From: Rebecca billardiae RCC1528
Taxonomy: Eukaryota; Protista; Haptophyta
Length of the DNA stretch: 64,000 nucleotides
NCBI GenBank assembly: GCA_965240325.2
Contig: OZ251245.1
Span: forward strand, 1,302,001 to 1,366,000
Reading direction: 5' to 3'
Of the stretch, positions 47,701-57,797 are shown one piece after another. The stretch's first letter is position 1, and each line of letters opens with the position of its first letter. A program made the translations under genes and the position numbers. Under the pieces are notes generated by a model. It searched no databases, was not told the DNA's origin, and was given only the letters and a program-made list of their open reading frames with translations.

Positions 47701-49467
47701 GCTGACGTTGACGCTGAGCACGTGCCGCTCAAAGGCGGCGGGCGCGCGCGAGAGCGTGAGCAGGGCGAGCTCGCCGGCGGGCGCGGCGGCGGTGAGGACG
47801 GAGGCGTCGGCGTCGGAGAGCACGCGCGGCGCCGCCTGCGCCGCGCCGCGCCCCACGCGCGGCGGCAGCGCCGTCGCGCCGCGCAGCCCATGCACTTTGA
47901 GGCCGATCCTTGTCCACTCGTCGGACGTGGCCATGCGGTGCAGCACGCGCACTGCGTACGCGCGCCCGCCCTCGAGCGGCAGCGGGCGCGAGACCTTGCG
48001 CGTGGGGCCGGCCACGTCGTCCGGCCCGCGCGCCGACGCGTCGAGCGGCGTGTAGAACGCCGCGGGCGAGCTCGTCGCGTCGCGCCGGTGGTTCCTCGAG
48101 AGCGCGCTGAACGCCGCCACAGCCTGCGCGGCCCCAAACTCGGGGCCCGCCGAGAGCTGCAGCTCGCCGTCGTCGTCGCCGCCGAAGAAGAAGGTGTAGT
48201 TGGCGGTGAGCGGCGGGACGAAGTAGCCCGTGGCCTCGCGCACGAGGTGGTTCGTCGCCTCCGGGTTGATCCGCGACGGCTCCTCCCAGCGCACGAAGTC
48301 CACGCGGTCGTTGAGCACGCCGCTCGCAAACGGCGCGCCGCGCGGCTCTGCGTCGTACTGCGCTGCGCTCCAAGTGCGGTACGAGAGGCCGCGCAGCGTG
48401 GAGGCGGGCGCGTCGTCGGGGTGGTCGTGCGCGAGGGGGAGCGTGTCGGGCAGCGTGCACACCAGCCGCTCCGCGCTCGCCTCGCGCACCGCGCACGCCG
48501 CGCCGCCCACGGTGACGACGTTGTCCTCCTCGCGCTCGGAGAAGGCCGCGCCCGAGAGCGTGAGCGACTGCCCGCCGTGCAGCCCGCCGCTCGCCGGGCT
48601 GACGGCGTCGAGGCGCGGGTAGATGGTGAAGTGGTACGGCGTGGCCGTGGCGAGGTCGACCGTCCCCGCCCAGTCGCGCCGGCGCGCGGGCGGCAGGTGC
48701 TTGCTCTGCGCGCGCCGCACCACGGGCGCGTGGCCGTACCCGTTGGTGCGCGCCGACCACGCCGCCTGCGCAAAGTCCTCCACAAAGCACGCGGGGTTGG
48801 CGCACTCGGCGAGGTCGGGGCGGAGCGAGGCGAGGCGGAGGGTGAGGTTGTGGTGGCCCGGCACGATCGCCGCGCCCGCGGGCAGCTCGCACCGCGCGCC
48901 GCCGCGCAGCGGCCGCTCCTCCTCGTCGAAGACGCAGCGCGTGCCGCCGACGCTGAGGAACAGCTGCTCCGCCGAGGACGCGCCGCGGAAGTCGCCGTCG
49001 AGGCGGAGGAGGTCGCCGGCGGAGGCGGCCCAGCGGTTGGCCCAGTCGATCATCGGCGTGTTGTCCGCGCGGTACTGGAACGCCGACGGCTCCTGCGCGA
49101 GCACCGCCTCGCCTACGCCCGACGTGACCTGCACGCTCAGCGGCAGTCGCACCGAGTCCGCCCACGGCGTCGGCGCGGCGCGCGTGACGCAGACGATGCG
49201 CGTGGCGTTGGTGTAGTGCGACATGATGTCGCACGGCACCGTGCCCACGAGCACCACCTGCGCGTCCCACGGGTTCGCGTCCGCCGGCATCATGAAGCCC
49301 GCGCCCTCGACGACGACAAACGTGCCGCCCGCCGTCGAGCCGCGGCTCGGGAACACGCGCGTGATGTCGACGGCGGAGGCGGGGCGGGCGGCGAGCGCGA
49401 GGAGCGCGGCGCCGACGAGGGAGGCGCGCGCCGGCACGGCGCGCGCGCGCGCGCTGCGAACGCCCAT
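33589..49467 (-). CDS. Giant secreted fibrocystin-L/PKHD1L1-like protein, 5292 aa (IPT/TIG repeats, PA14, two G8 + beta-helix regions, extensin-like blocks)
   Basis: Uninterrupted ORF with a signal peptide. TIG motifs (ITRVFPSRGSTAGGTFVVVEGAGF; ISPRQGSARGGTLVTISGAG), PA14-like GYFVPPLTANYTFFFGGDD, G8 WSDERSW...PADGDSVIVPSGQAILLD...GTEAEPF and a second G8 PAAGDNVYL...LLDV. Confidence 0.9.
34290..35757 (-). repeat. Extensin-like (SP3/SP4)n coding repeat, ~490 aa
   Basis: (ggcggcgggctc/ggcggcgggctg)n on the + strand; SPPP/SPPPP on the - strand. Confidence 0.95.
44400..45030 (-). repeat. Second extensin-like Pro-rich coding block
   Basis: SPPPP/APPP repeats inside the giant ORF. Confidence 0.9.
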
Positions 49468-49878
49468 CGAGCGCGTTCGGCGAGGGAGCGCGCCGACCGA
49501 GACGCCGACGAGGCTTGGATGATGCGCTTTGAGCAGTTACGCTCGCGCCCGTCTGCGGAGGTTCACCTTTCAAGCCGCGATGCGGGTACGATGAATGAAG
49601 CTTTCTAGTTGTATCCGTGCTTGCGGGCGGGCCCCTTTGTGGACCCCTGCCCTTGAACAGGCCAGCAGGCGGGCACGGCGGTTTCATCATCGAGCCCCAA
49701 CATCCGTACCAAAGATACCGCCAATGAGGATAATAGGTGAAGGATTAGACGCCCGTAATGGGCGCTTGCATGGTGTAAGTCAACGATGGTTCATGGGCGG
49801 GCGTGCTGAATCGAGATGGAGACATAGTATCAGGCGGAGCTTGCAGGTTTCGTGGATGAGCATGACGGCCACAGTGAG

Positions 49879-51060
49879 TCAGCCGCGTCGCGGCGGCACT
49901 AACCGCGGCCAGCGCCAGGGCACGCGCGGCAGCGCGCCGCAGCGCCGCGCCTGCGCGCGCCGCAGCGTCGGCCGCGCGCGCTTGGAGTCCTCGAGCGCCG
50001 CCGCGACCGCGAGCCGCGGCGTGATCGGCGTCGCCGCCTCCTCGTCGAGGTCGGGCAGCCGGCGGCCGGCGCACACCGGCGCGCACGCGCGCGCCAGCGC
50101 CGTGCGCAGCTCGCGCGCGCACCCGAAGTCGATGGCGAGCAGCCGCGCGCGCCCCGCGGCGGGCCCCGCCTCGATCGCGGCCATCAGCACGTGCTTCAGC
50201 GCCTTCTCCCCCGCCGCGCGCAGCTCCGGCGCGCGCTGCCGCGCCTCGGGCACGTCGAACACCAGGTTGCGGTCGTGCCAGTCGCCGTGCTCGATCCCGG
50301 CCGCAAAGAGCGCCGCCTGCACGCGGCCCGCCTCCTGGCGCCACGCGCGCACGAGCGGCGCGTCGAGGGTGGAGGGGTCGATCCGCCAGCCGTTGCGCTC
50401 GTCGGGCACGCCGCGTTGCCGCCGCGCGTCGCGCGAGTGCCAGAAGAGCAGCCGCAGGAGCGTGGGGCCGCACAGCTTGTCCATCGCGATCAGGCCGTGC
50501 ACGGCCGCCCCGAACGAGGGGCTGCGGTGGGCGTTGAGCACGCGCGGCGCGCAGCCCTCCGTGGACGCGCGGTCCTGCAGCGCGACCTCGCGGTCGAACG
50601 CGGCGGCCGACTGCCAGCTGCCCACCTTGAGCACGATGTCGTCGAGGCGCACGCGCGCCGCGCGCGCGCCCTCCGCCGCCGCCTCCTCGCTGAAGGCGTA
50701 GATGCGGGCAAACGCGCCGCGCCCGATCTCCACGGCGCCCACCGCCGCCGCGCCGCCCTTGGCGTTGAGCGCGGCGTGGATGTCGGCGCCCGGGCTGTCG
50801 GGCGAGTAGGGCGGCTCGAAGGCGCGCCGCCCGCCCGGCGCGAGGGGCTGCGGCTGCACCCACTCGGCGAGCAGGCCGCGCACGGACGCGAGCGTCGGCG
50901 GCGCGTCCGCCGGCTCGGCGCCGCCGACGGCGCTGAGGAAGGGGTGGCCGTGGTGCGGGCGCAGCGGGGGCGAGGCGGAGCTGGGCGAGGAGGAGTTGCG
51001 CCGGGAGGGCGCCGCGCTGCTCGGCGCCGTCGTCGGCGCGGAGGCGAGCTTCGAGCGCAT
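49879..51060 (-). CDS. Atypical protein-kinase-like protein, 393 aa
   Basis: IGRGAFARIY (Gly loop), VLKV, FDREVALQ (alphaC Glu), IAMDKL, HGDWHDRN (catalytic loop), IDFG. Confidence 0.85.
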   Translation of the reverse strand: MRSKLASAPTTAPSSAAPSRRNSSSPSSASPPLRPHHGHPFLSAVGGAEPADAPPTLASVRGLLAEWVQPQPLAPGGRRAFEPPYSPDSPGADIHAALNAKGGAAAVGAVEIGRGAFARIYAFSEEAAAEGARAARVRLDDIVLKVGSWQSAAAFDREVALQDRASTEGCAPRVLNAHRSPSFGAAVHGLIAMDKLCGPTLLRLLFWHSRDARRQRGVPDERNGWRIDPSTLDAPLVRAWRQEAGRVQAALFAAGIEHGDWHDRNLVFDVPEARQRAPELRAAGEKALKHVLMAAIEAGPAAGRARLLAIDFGCARELRTALARACAPVCAGRRLPDLDEEAATPITPRLAVAAALEDSKRARPTLRRAQARRCGALPRVPWRWPRLVPPRRG

Positions 51061-52555
51061 CGCGTGCGCTCGGCCGTTCGTGTAATCGTGTGTGGGGCCT
51101 TGATGGCTGGCTGGGCGGCTTCAGGGCCAAGTCTTGCTCGTCAACGAAACGCGGCCGTTCGGCTGATCCGTTTTCACTATGCGGACGAATTCCGTTACCC
51201 GCGGCACATAGGGAAGCGCACGCTTGGGTAGCGGAACTTGTAGCTGCGCCGCCCAAAACTTGAGTGCTTCCGAAGCCGCCCATAGGACCAAAAGCGGACT
51301 CGATTACTCGAACGTCATGAACGGGATGAATGCATGAGTAACCGTGATATCAGAAAGTACTCACGTTGGCGCCCTGCTTTTCTTTTTCCGCGGGGGGGGG
51401 CACGTCCGTTTCGACGGGACGGCCGCCCCCGCGGCTTTGCGTAGCATCAAGGAGAGTCCGGAAAATGGAATCCGGGGACGCTCTTCAACTCGCGGGGGGC
51501 CCTGTTTGACGGCCGCGCCGAGCACCCGAGCGTCTCGACCCGCGCCTCGTGTGTCACCTCGCATTTGGCGGGGCGCGCGCGGAGCGCGCCGCGAGTGGGC
51601 GCGTCGGCCCGTACGCTCGGAGCCCCGGGGGACTTTCGCCCGAGCGCGCCGCGCCGCGCCCGTTGCGCCGCGCTGCGTCGTGCGCCGTGCACACGTTCGG
51701 CTCGGCTCGGGTGCCGAGCGCCGTCGACGAGCGGGAAGAGCTCCAGGGGCGGGTGCGCTGGCGCGGGCGGGGTGTGGAGGCACGATGTGGGAGTCTACCT
51801 CTCGTACCGGGCGCGCGCGCCCGCTCGGCGCCGTCGCTTCGCGCGGCCGTAGGCGTCCAAGCGTCGATGGTTTGGCCTCGAGAACCGCTAGAAGGGGGGC
51901 TGCCTGCCGCAAGCGACGCGGGTAACGATTGACGAGACCGAGCACGCATCTGACGAGACCGAATACGCACCAGGCGGCACGCGCAACGGCCCAGCACATT
52001 GAACATGGAGGCTCGATGGCCGCGCGCCGCGCGCTCATCAGGCGGGGCGCGCGCACGGAGTCCGCCGCGCGTGGGGGCCTCAGGCCCCCGGGAGAAGCAA
52101 GCGCGGCATCGCCGCGCCGTGCCCGCGCCACGGCATACGTCCAACGACCCAGGTGCGACCGCGCACGCTGCGCGCTATGCGGCACTCTGGGGCGGATGGT
52201 CATGGTGCGCGCGCCGCGCGCGGGGGCTGCATGTGGAGGCGGGCGGTGGTTGTCCGGCTCGCTCGCCGCGCGCGCGCGTCGCCCTGCGTTACGCTATGAA
52301 CTCTTTGTGCGCGCACGGTGCGGATGCTGCACGAGTAAGCCACGGTGCTTAGTGTCACGGTCTTGGTCCGCACTCACTCCACTGTCTCGCCGCGCCAGCA
52401 CGTTGCGGCTGCAGCAGCCGCAGCTCACGGGACCAATGATGCCAGGTGTCAAATCTGAATCGGCAGGGAAGCGGAAGGAGCGCGCCACCTAGCGTGCGGC
52501 TCGTGCTGGAGGGCGGCCCGGTCGGACGCACTACTCTGTACAGACGCCCGTTACG

Positions 52556-52782
52556 GCCGTGCTGGTGAGGGGGCCGTAGGTGGTCAGGTGCCGTGACCAC
52601 TCAGTCACAGGTCTGGCCAGGCTTCAGCGCCGCACGATGACCCCGGCTGGTCGTCATCGGCCGTGCTGGTGAGGCGGGCCGTACGGGTGGTCAGGTGCAG
52701 TGACCACTCAGTCACTGCCAGTCACAGGTCTGGCCAGGCTTCACTCGCCTTCAGCGCCGCACGATGACCCCGGCTGGTCGTC
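52556..52782. repeat. Imperfect ~105-120-bp tandem duplication upstream of BRX1
   Basis: ggccgtgctggtgagg...gtggtcaggtgc.gtgaccactcagtcac...aggtctggccaggcttca...gcgccgcacgatgaccccggctggtcgtca occurs twice. Confidence 0.85.
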
Positions 52783-53055
52783 ACTCAGTCTCCTCAACAG
52801 ATGCCCGGTCGGCTAAGTTGGTCTAAATGGTCACCGTCACCGTGTCGGTTTCAGACAGTGAGTTGTGAGAGTGGTAGCCAGTCAGTCTGCCACTTGCCAC
52901 CGTAGTGCCAGCAAGGGTGCCAGTCACCGGTGAGGATATCGTTTGCGTAGCACGGCCGGGGCCGCGGATCTTTTTCCTCGAGTTATCCTCGTCGCTTTTT
53001 ATTTCGGGCGACACGCGCCCACGCCCGGACGCGCGTGGCCACGCCAGCCAGAACG

Positions 53056-54141
53056 ATGTCGGCCACGAAGCTGCTCACGCGCAAGCGCTCGAGGCGCGCG
53101 GCGGCGGGTGGCGAGGAGGACGGCGCGGACCTTGCGCCCGCCGCGCTGACGAAGCGCGCGCCCGGCCGCCGGCGCAAGCTGCTCGCGCTCATCTCGCACG
53201 GCGCCACCTCCAAGTTTGCGACGCTGCTCTCTGATTGGCTGAGCGTGCTGCCGCACGCGCGCAAGGACTGCAAGCTGGACCAGAAGGACCGGCTCGACGC
53301 GATCAGCGAGATGGCCGAGCTCGCGGGGTGCGACCGCGCCATCTTCTTCGAGGTGCGCCGCGCCGCCCCCCCCGCCCCGTCCGGTGCCGCGTGGGCCGCG
53401 TGGGCCGGCGCGGGCAGCATCGCTCACGCGCGCGCGCGGCGCGGCGCGGCGCCGATCTGGCGCGCGGCGCAGGTGCGCAAGCACTCGGACCTGTACCTGT
53501 GGATGGGCGCGGTGCCGCACGGGCCGTCGGTGAAGTTCCACGTGCAGGGCGTGCACACCATGGACGAGCTCTCGCTCACGGGCAACTGCCTCAAGGGCTC
53601 GCGCGCCGTCGTGTCGTATGGCGCAGGCTTTGGCGAAGGCGCCGCGCCTCACCTGCGGCTGGTGCGCGAGCTGCTGACGCAGACGTTCAGCGTGCCCGAG
53701 GGGCACCCGCGCTCGAAGCCGTTCGTCGACCACGTGCACCACTTCGACCTCGACCCGAAGGGGCGCATCGCCTACCGCCACTACCAGATTGCGCCGGCGA
53801 CGGGCGCGACGGCGGCGGCGGCGGCCGCCGCCGCCGCCGCCACGGGCGGCGGCGCCAAGGGCGGGCGCGGCGCGCAGCAGCAGCAGCAGCAGATGCTCGT
53901 CGAGATCGGGCCGCGGTGCACGCTCACCGTGATGCGCGTGTTCGGCGGCGCGTTCGGCGGGCAGACCCTCTACTCCAACGCCGGCTTCGTCTCGCCCAAC
54001 ATCGTCCGCTCGGAGCTGCGCAAGCGCGTGGGCGATGCGTACGCAGACAAGCTCAAGCAGCGCGGCGCGCGGCAGCGGCGGCACGCGGCGCCCGAGCGGC
54101 AGGTGGCGGAGGACCCGGTGGCGGCGGTCTTCAAGGAGTGA
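53056..54141 (+). CDS. BRX1: Ribosome biogenesis Brix-domain protein BRX1; exons 53056-53352, 53473-54141
   Basis: LPHARKDCKLD, FFE|VRKHSDLYLW, GPSVKF, HTMDELSLTGNCLKGSR, HPRSKPFVDHV, LVEIGPR. 120-nt GT-AG intron. Confidence 0.93.
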   Translation: MSATKLLTRKRSRRAAAGGEEDGADLAPAALTKRAPGRRRKLLALISHGATSKFATLLSDWLSVLPHARKDCKLDQKDRLDAISEMAELAGCDRAIFFEVRRAAPPAPSGAAWAAWAGAGSIAHARARRGAAPIWRAAQVRKHSDLYLWMGAVPHGPSVKFHVQGVHTMDELSLTGNCLKGSRAVVSYGAGFGEGAAPHLRLVRELLTQTFSVPEGHPRSKPFVDHVHHFDLDPKGRIAYRHYQIAPATGATAAAAAAAAAATGGGAKGGRGAQQQQQQMLVEIGPRCTLTVMRVFGGAFGGQTLYSNAGFVSPNIVRSELRKRVGDAYADKLKQRGARQRRHAAPERQVAEDPVAAVFKE

Positions 54142-54820
54142 GGCGGCGCGCGGCGTGCGCGCGGCGCAGCCGACCGGCAGCGGCAGGAAGCGCGCGCCTC
54201 CGCCTCGGCGCCTCCGTCACCCGTCAGCCCGCGGGCGCAGCGGGCGGCCCCTCCGTCGACGGGCGGCGCGGGCGGCGGCGGGCTCTCGCGCTGCCGCAAG
54301 TGCCGGCGCAGTGAGCGGCGCGGCCGCATCCCCGCCAGCCCCGGGGTAGCCCGCCGCCGATGATGCGCGTGGTGGCGCCGGCGCGCGGTAGCACGACCGC
54401 CGGACGACGGCTGCTGCACGCGGGTCGCGGTCTTGCTGCCGGCGGCCGGGAGCATCAAGTATCAACTCTGAGCTCACTGCTGCTCGACGCGCGCGCGATT
54501 CGTTGTGGCGCGGCGACTGCTGCGCGCGCGCTGCATCACTGAGGCGGTCATATCAGACACGCCGGCGGGCCGCGGCGTGCGCCGGCGTCGTCGATCGCGT
54601 CGGCGCTTATATACATCGTCGCGCGTTCGCGGACGTATAGTAGTCGCGACGATATGATATATATACTATATACGAGTATACGGCGGCGCCGCGCCGCGCC
54701 AGACGCCGCCGTGTAGACTACTATACGGAGTAGACGAGAGAGAGAGAGCTGACGAGAGCTCATATCAGACGAGAGGGCGCGCAGTAGCATCATCGTCGTC
54801 CGACGCCGCCGTCAGCGGCG

Positions 54821-56944
54821 TCAGGCCGCGCTGGCTCCGCGGCCCGGACTAGCGGATGCCACGGTAGTGGGCGCAGCCTGCGGCGCGCGGAGCGGCGCGA
54901 GCACCCAGCGCGTTGCCGCTGCCACCGAGGCGGCGCGTTCCGCGTGCCGCTCGGCGGGCGCGCCCTCCGCCACCAGGGCCGCGGCCGCCGGGGCCAGCAG
55001 CCGCGCGGAGGCCGAGGGCGGCGGCGCGCCGCCCGGCGCTCGCAGCCACCACCGCCACCGCCACTGCCACGCGACACGCGGCGGTGTGGCGGGCTCGTCG
55101 GCGTGTGCGCCCGGTCTGGGCACCGCCGGCGTGCTGCCGTCGCCCGCCCCCGCCTCCGCCGCCGCCGCCGCCTCCGCCATCGCCTCGGCCCGGCCGATCG
55201 GCGCGCCCGGCGCGAGCGCGGGCGCGCGCTCCCCCTGCGGCGCCCGCGCGGAGGTGGCAGGTGTGGAGGTGGCAGGTGTGGGGTGCTGGCTGTAGCGGTA
55301 TGCGCCGTGCTCGGCCGCGCTGTCCACCGCGGGGCCGCACGCGTCCGCGCCGGCGGCGTCGGCGCGCGGCGCGCCCGGCGCGCCGCTCGCGTGCAGCACG
55401 AGCGCCGCGCGCCACGCGGCGTACACCGGGTCCCACAGCGCGAGCGCGGGCGGCAGCAGCGGGCCGTGCACGCGCGCCACCGCCGAGAGCGCGCACGCGC
55501 CTCCGAGCAGGCAGCGCAGCGCGACGGAGGAGGCGCCGGCGGTGGGCCCGAGCGTGAAGGAGTGCGCGAGGTCGAGCAGCCGGAAGAGGCGCGGCAGCCG
55601 CACCGACGCGTGCGTCGCGAGCACGCCGGTGAAGAGCAGCCGGCGCAGCGCATAGTCCGCGCCCAGCGCGGCGCACGCAGACGCCGTCACGCGCGTGGCC
55701 CACGTGCGCTGCCGCAGCGGCGCGCACAGCAGGCTGAAGGCGAGCGCGCTGCCCGCGGCGCTCACGGCGGCGAAGGCGATGGCGGTGGTGGCCGCGCAGC
55801 ACGCGACGAGGTAGAGCGCCCAGTACAGCGAGAACGCGCTGTCGGGCGGCCCGGCGCGCGCGAGCGCCGCCGAGCCCGGCGGTTGGCGCTGCTGCTGCCG
55901 CCGCGCGCGGCCGAGCGCGCGCCACGCGGCCGCCTTCCAGCCGAGCTCGTTCGCGGCGGCGGCGAGCGCGCCGAGGCGGAGGGAGGGCGCGAGCGCGCGC
56001 GCGGCGGGGAGCGCGGCGGCGCGCAGGAGCCGCTCGCCCCGCGCGAGCACCTCCTGCGCCGCCGCCGGCGCGCGCGCCGCCTCGAGCGCCACGCGCGCCG
56101 CGCGCAGCTGCTCGAGCGCGCCGCCCACCGCCGCCTCGGCGCGCGCGCTCGCCGCGCTCGCCGCGACGAGCTGCGCGCACAGCGCGACGGCGAGCGTGGC
56201 GGCGGAGAGCGCGGCGGCGATGAGCAGCCGGAGGGGCCAGTGCGGCCGCGGCTGCGCGTCGCGCGGCGGCTCGCTGCCGCGCGCCACCTCGACGGGCAGC
56301 TCCGCCGCCGTCCAGTCCGCCGCGCACCGCGCGCCGCGCGCGCACGCGTCCGCGCGCTCGCGCGCCGCGCCGCCGCGCCGCGCCGCCGGCCGGTCGAAGA
56401 GGAGGAGGCGGAGGACGAGCGCGAGCACGGCGGCGAAGGAGAGCGCGTCGAACACCGCGAGCATCGTCGCGACGACGCTCGCCGGCGTCGGCGCCGCGCT
56501 CGCGCCGCGCGCGGCGCACGCGCGCAGCTCGGCGCCCGCGGCGACGGCGAGGCCGGCCGCGTACGGCAGCGCGAGCACGCGCCAGTAGCGGCCGTGCCAG
56601 CGCGAGTTGGCGAGGCCGAGGATGCAGGCGAACGGGAGCGCCTGCGAGAGGTCCGTCAGCGCGTACAGCAGCCGGCCCACGCGCCGGCCGAACGCGCCGC
56701 CGCCCAGCGCGTGCGGCGCGCGGCACACGGGCACGCTCGCGCCGACCGCGGCCGAGAGCACAAACGCGTACGCCTTGAGCGAGAGGCCGGCGAAGACGAG
56801 GACGGCGAGGGCGCGCGAGTGGCAGCCGCGCCCGCTCACGAGGTCGAGGGGCACGGGGCACCGGCCGTCCACCCACGCCACGGCGCGCTTGACGGCGCGC
56901 AGCGTGGTGAAGCCCTCGTGTCGATCCCTTCGTCCCGCATCCAT
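54821..56944 (-). CDS. Multi-pass membrane protein, STRA6/RBP-receptor-like
   Basis: Multiple hydrophobic segments. PRPHWPLRLLIAAALS and LRCLL...VARVHGPLLPPALALWDPVYAAW resemble conserved STRA6 segments as I recall them. First ATG at 56944. Confidence 0.6.
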   Translation of the reverse strand: MDAGRRDRHEGFTTLRAVKRAVAWVDGRCPVPLDLVSGRGCHSRALAVLVFAGLSLKAYAFVLSAAVGASVPVCRAPHALGGGAFGRRVGRLLYALTDLSQALPFACILGLANSRWHGRYWRVLALPYAAGLAVAAGAELRACAARGASAAPTPASVVATMLAVFDALSFAAVLALVLRLLLFDRPAARRGGAARERADACARGARCAADWTAAELPVEVARGSEPPRDAQPRPHWPLRLLIAAALSAATLAVALCAQLVAASAASARAEAAVGGALEQLRAARVALEAARAPAAAQEVLARGERLLRAAALPAARALAPSLRLGALAAAANELGWKAAAWRALGRARRQQQRQPPGSAALARAGPPDSAFSLYWALYLVACCAATTAIAFAAVSAAGSALAFSLLCAPLRQRTWATRVTASACAALGADYALRRLLFTGVLATHASVRLPRLFRLLDLAHSFTLGPTAGASSVALRCLLGGACALSAVARVHGPLLPPALALWDPVYAAWRAALVLHASGAPGAPRADAAGADACGPAVDSAAEHGAYRYSQHPTPATSTPATSARAPQGERAPALAPGAPIGRAEAMAEAAAAAEAGAGDGSTPAVPRPGAHADEPATPPRVAWQWRWRWWLRAPGGAPPPSASARLLAPAAAALVAEGAPAERHAERAASVAAATRWVLAPLRAPQAAPTTVASASPGRGASAA

Positions 56945-57182
56945 CGTGCCCACCGGCACGGGCGGGTCGTTTGCTCGTTCGCGCGCCTGTCCGGGGGGGC
57001 TTCATCAGCGCCACACGGACACCGCCAAGGCGCCCGGACCCGGCCCAGGCCGCGTCGCCGCCCTGCTCCGTCGTGCCAGGGCGAGGGCGAGAGAGCCACC
57101 CCCGCACTCCGCAGCGGCAGCGCGTGCCTCGTTCGGCGCAGCGCCCCCCCGTGCGAGCAGCCGCCGCCCACCCGCGCGCGCC

Positions 57183-57759
57183 ATGTCAAAGTTCTTCGCC
57201 GCCGGCTCGTCCTCGGACGAGAGCGAGTCCGAGGACGAGTCGATCTCGTCCGAGGAGGACGAGCAGCGGCCGCAGCAGTCGGCGCCGCTCGGCCGCGCCG
57301 CCTTCCTCAAGTCGGACTCGGAGGACTCGGAGGACGAGGGCCCGCGCGTGGTCAAGTCCGCGCGGGACAAGCGGTGGGAGGCGATGCTCGCGACGATCAA
57401 GGGCATGCGCAACCACCTCAAGATCGGCGACTGGAACGGGCTCGTCTCCGACTACGACACGCTGCACCGGCAGCTCACCAAGGCGAGCGCGATCGTCGCC
57501 AAGGAGGGGCTGCCCAAGTTCTACCTCAAGGCGCTGCTGATGGTCGAGGCGCACACGAACAAGACGCTCGAGGACAAGGACGTCAAGAAGAAGATGTCCC
57601 CGACCAACGCCAAGTCGCTCAACTCGATGAAGCAGAAGATCCGCAAGACGACGCGAGAGCCCGAGCTCGAGGCGCCGCTCGCCGAGCTGCGCGCGAGCAG
57701 CTTCAACGCGCTCAAGGACGACCCGCTCGACGACGACGACGACGACGACGACGACTGGC

Positions 57760-57797
<38 letters not shown>

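Noticed and set aside
34037-49608. Long Gly-rich/Arg-rich ORFs (791, 1018, 1526, 1934 aa)
   Set aside because: Alternative-frame or antisense readings of the giant gene and its Pro repeats.
51300-52500. Several 80-280-aa ORFs or a possible ncRNA
   Set aside because: Low-complexity Arg/Ala translations; no tRNA/rRNA/snRNA signature recognised.
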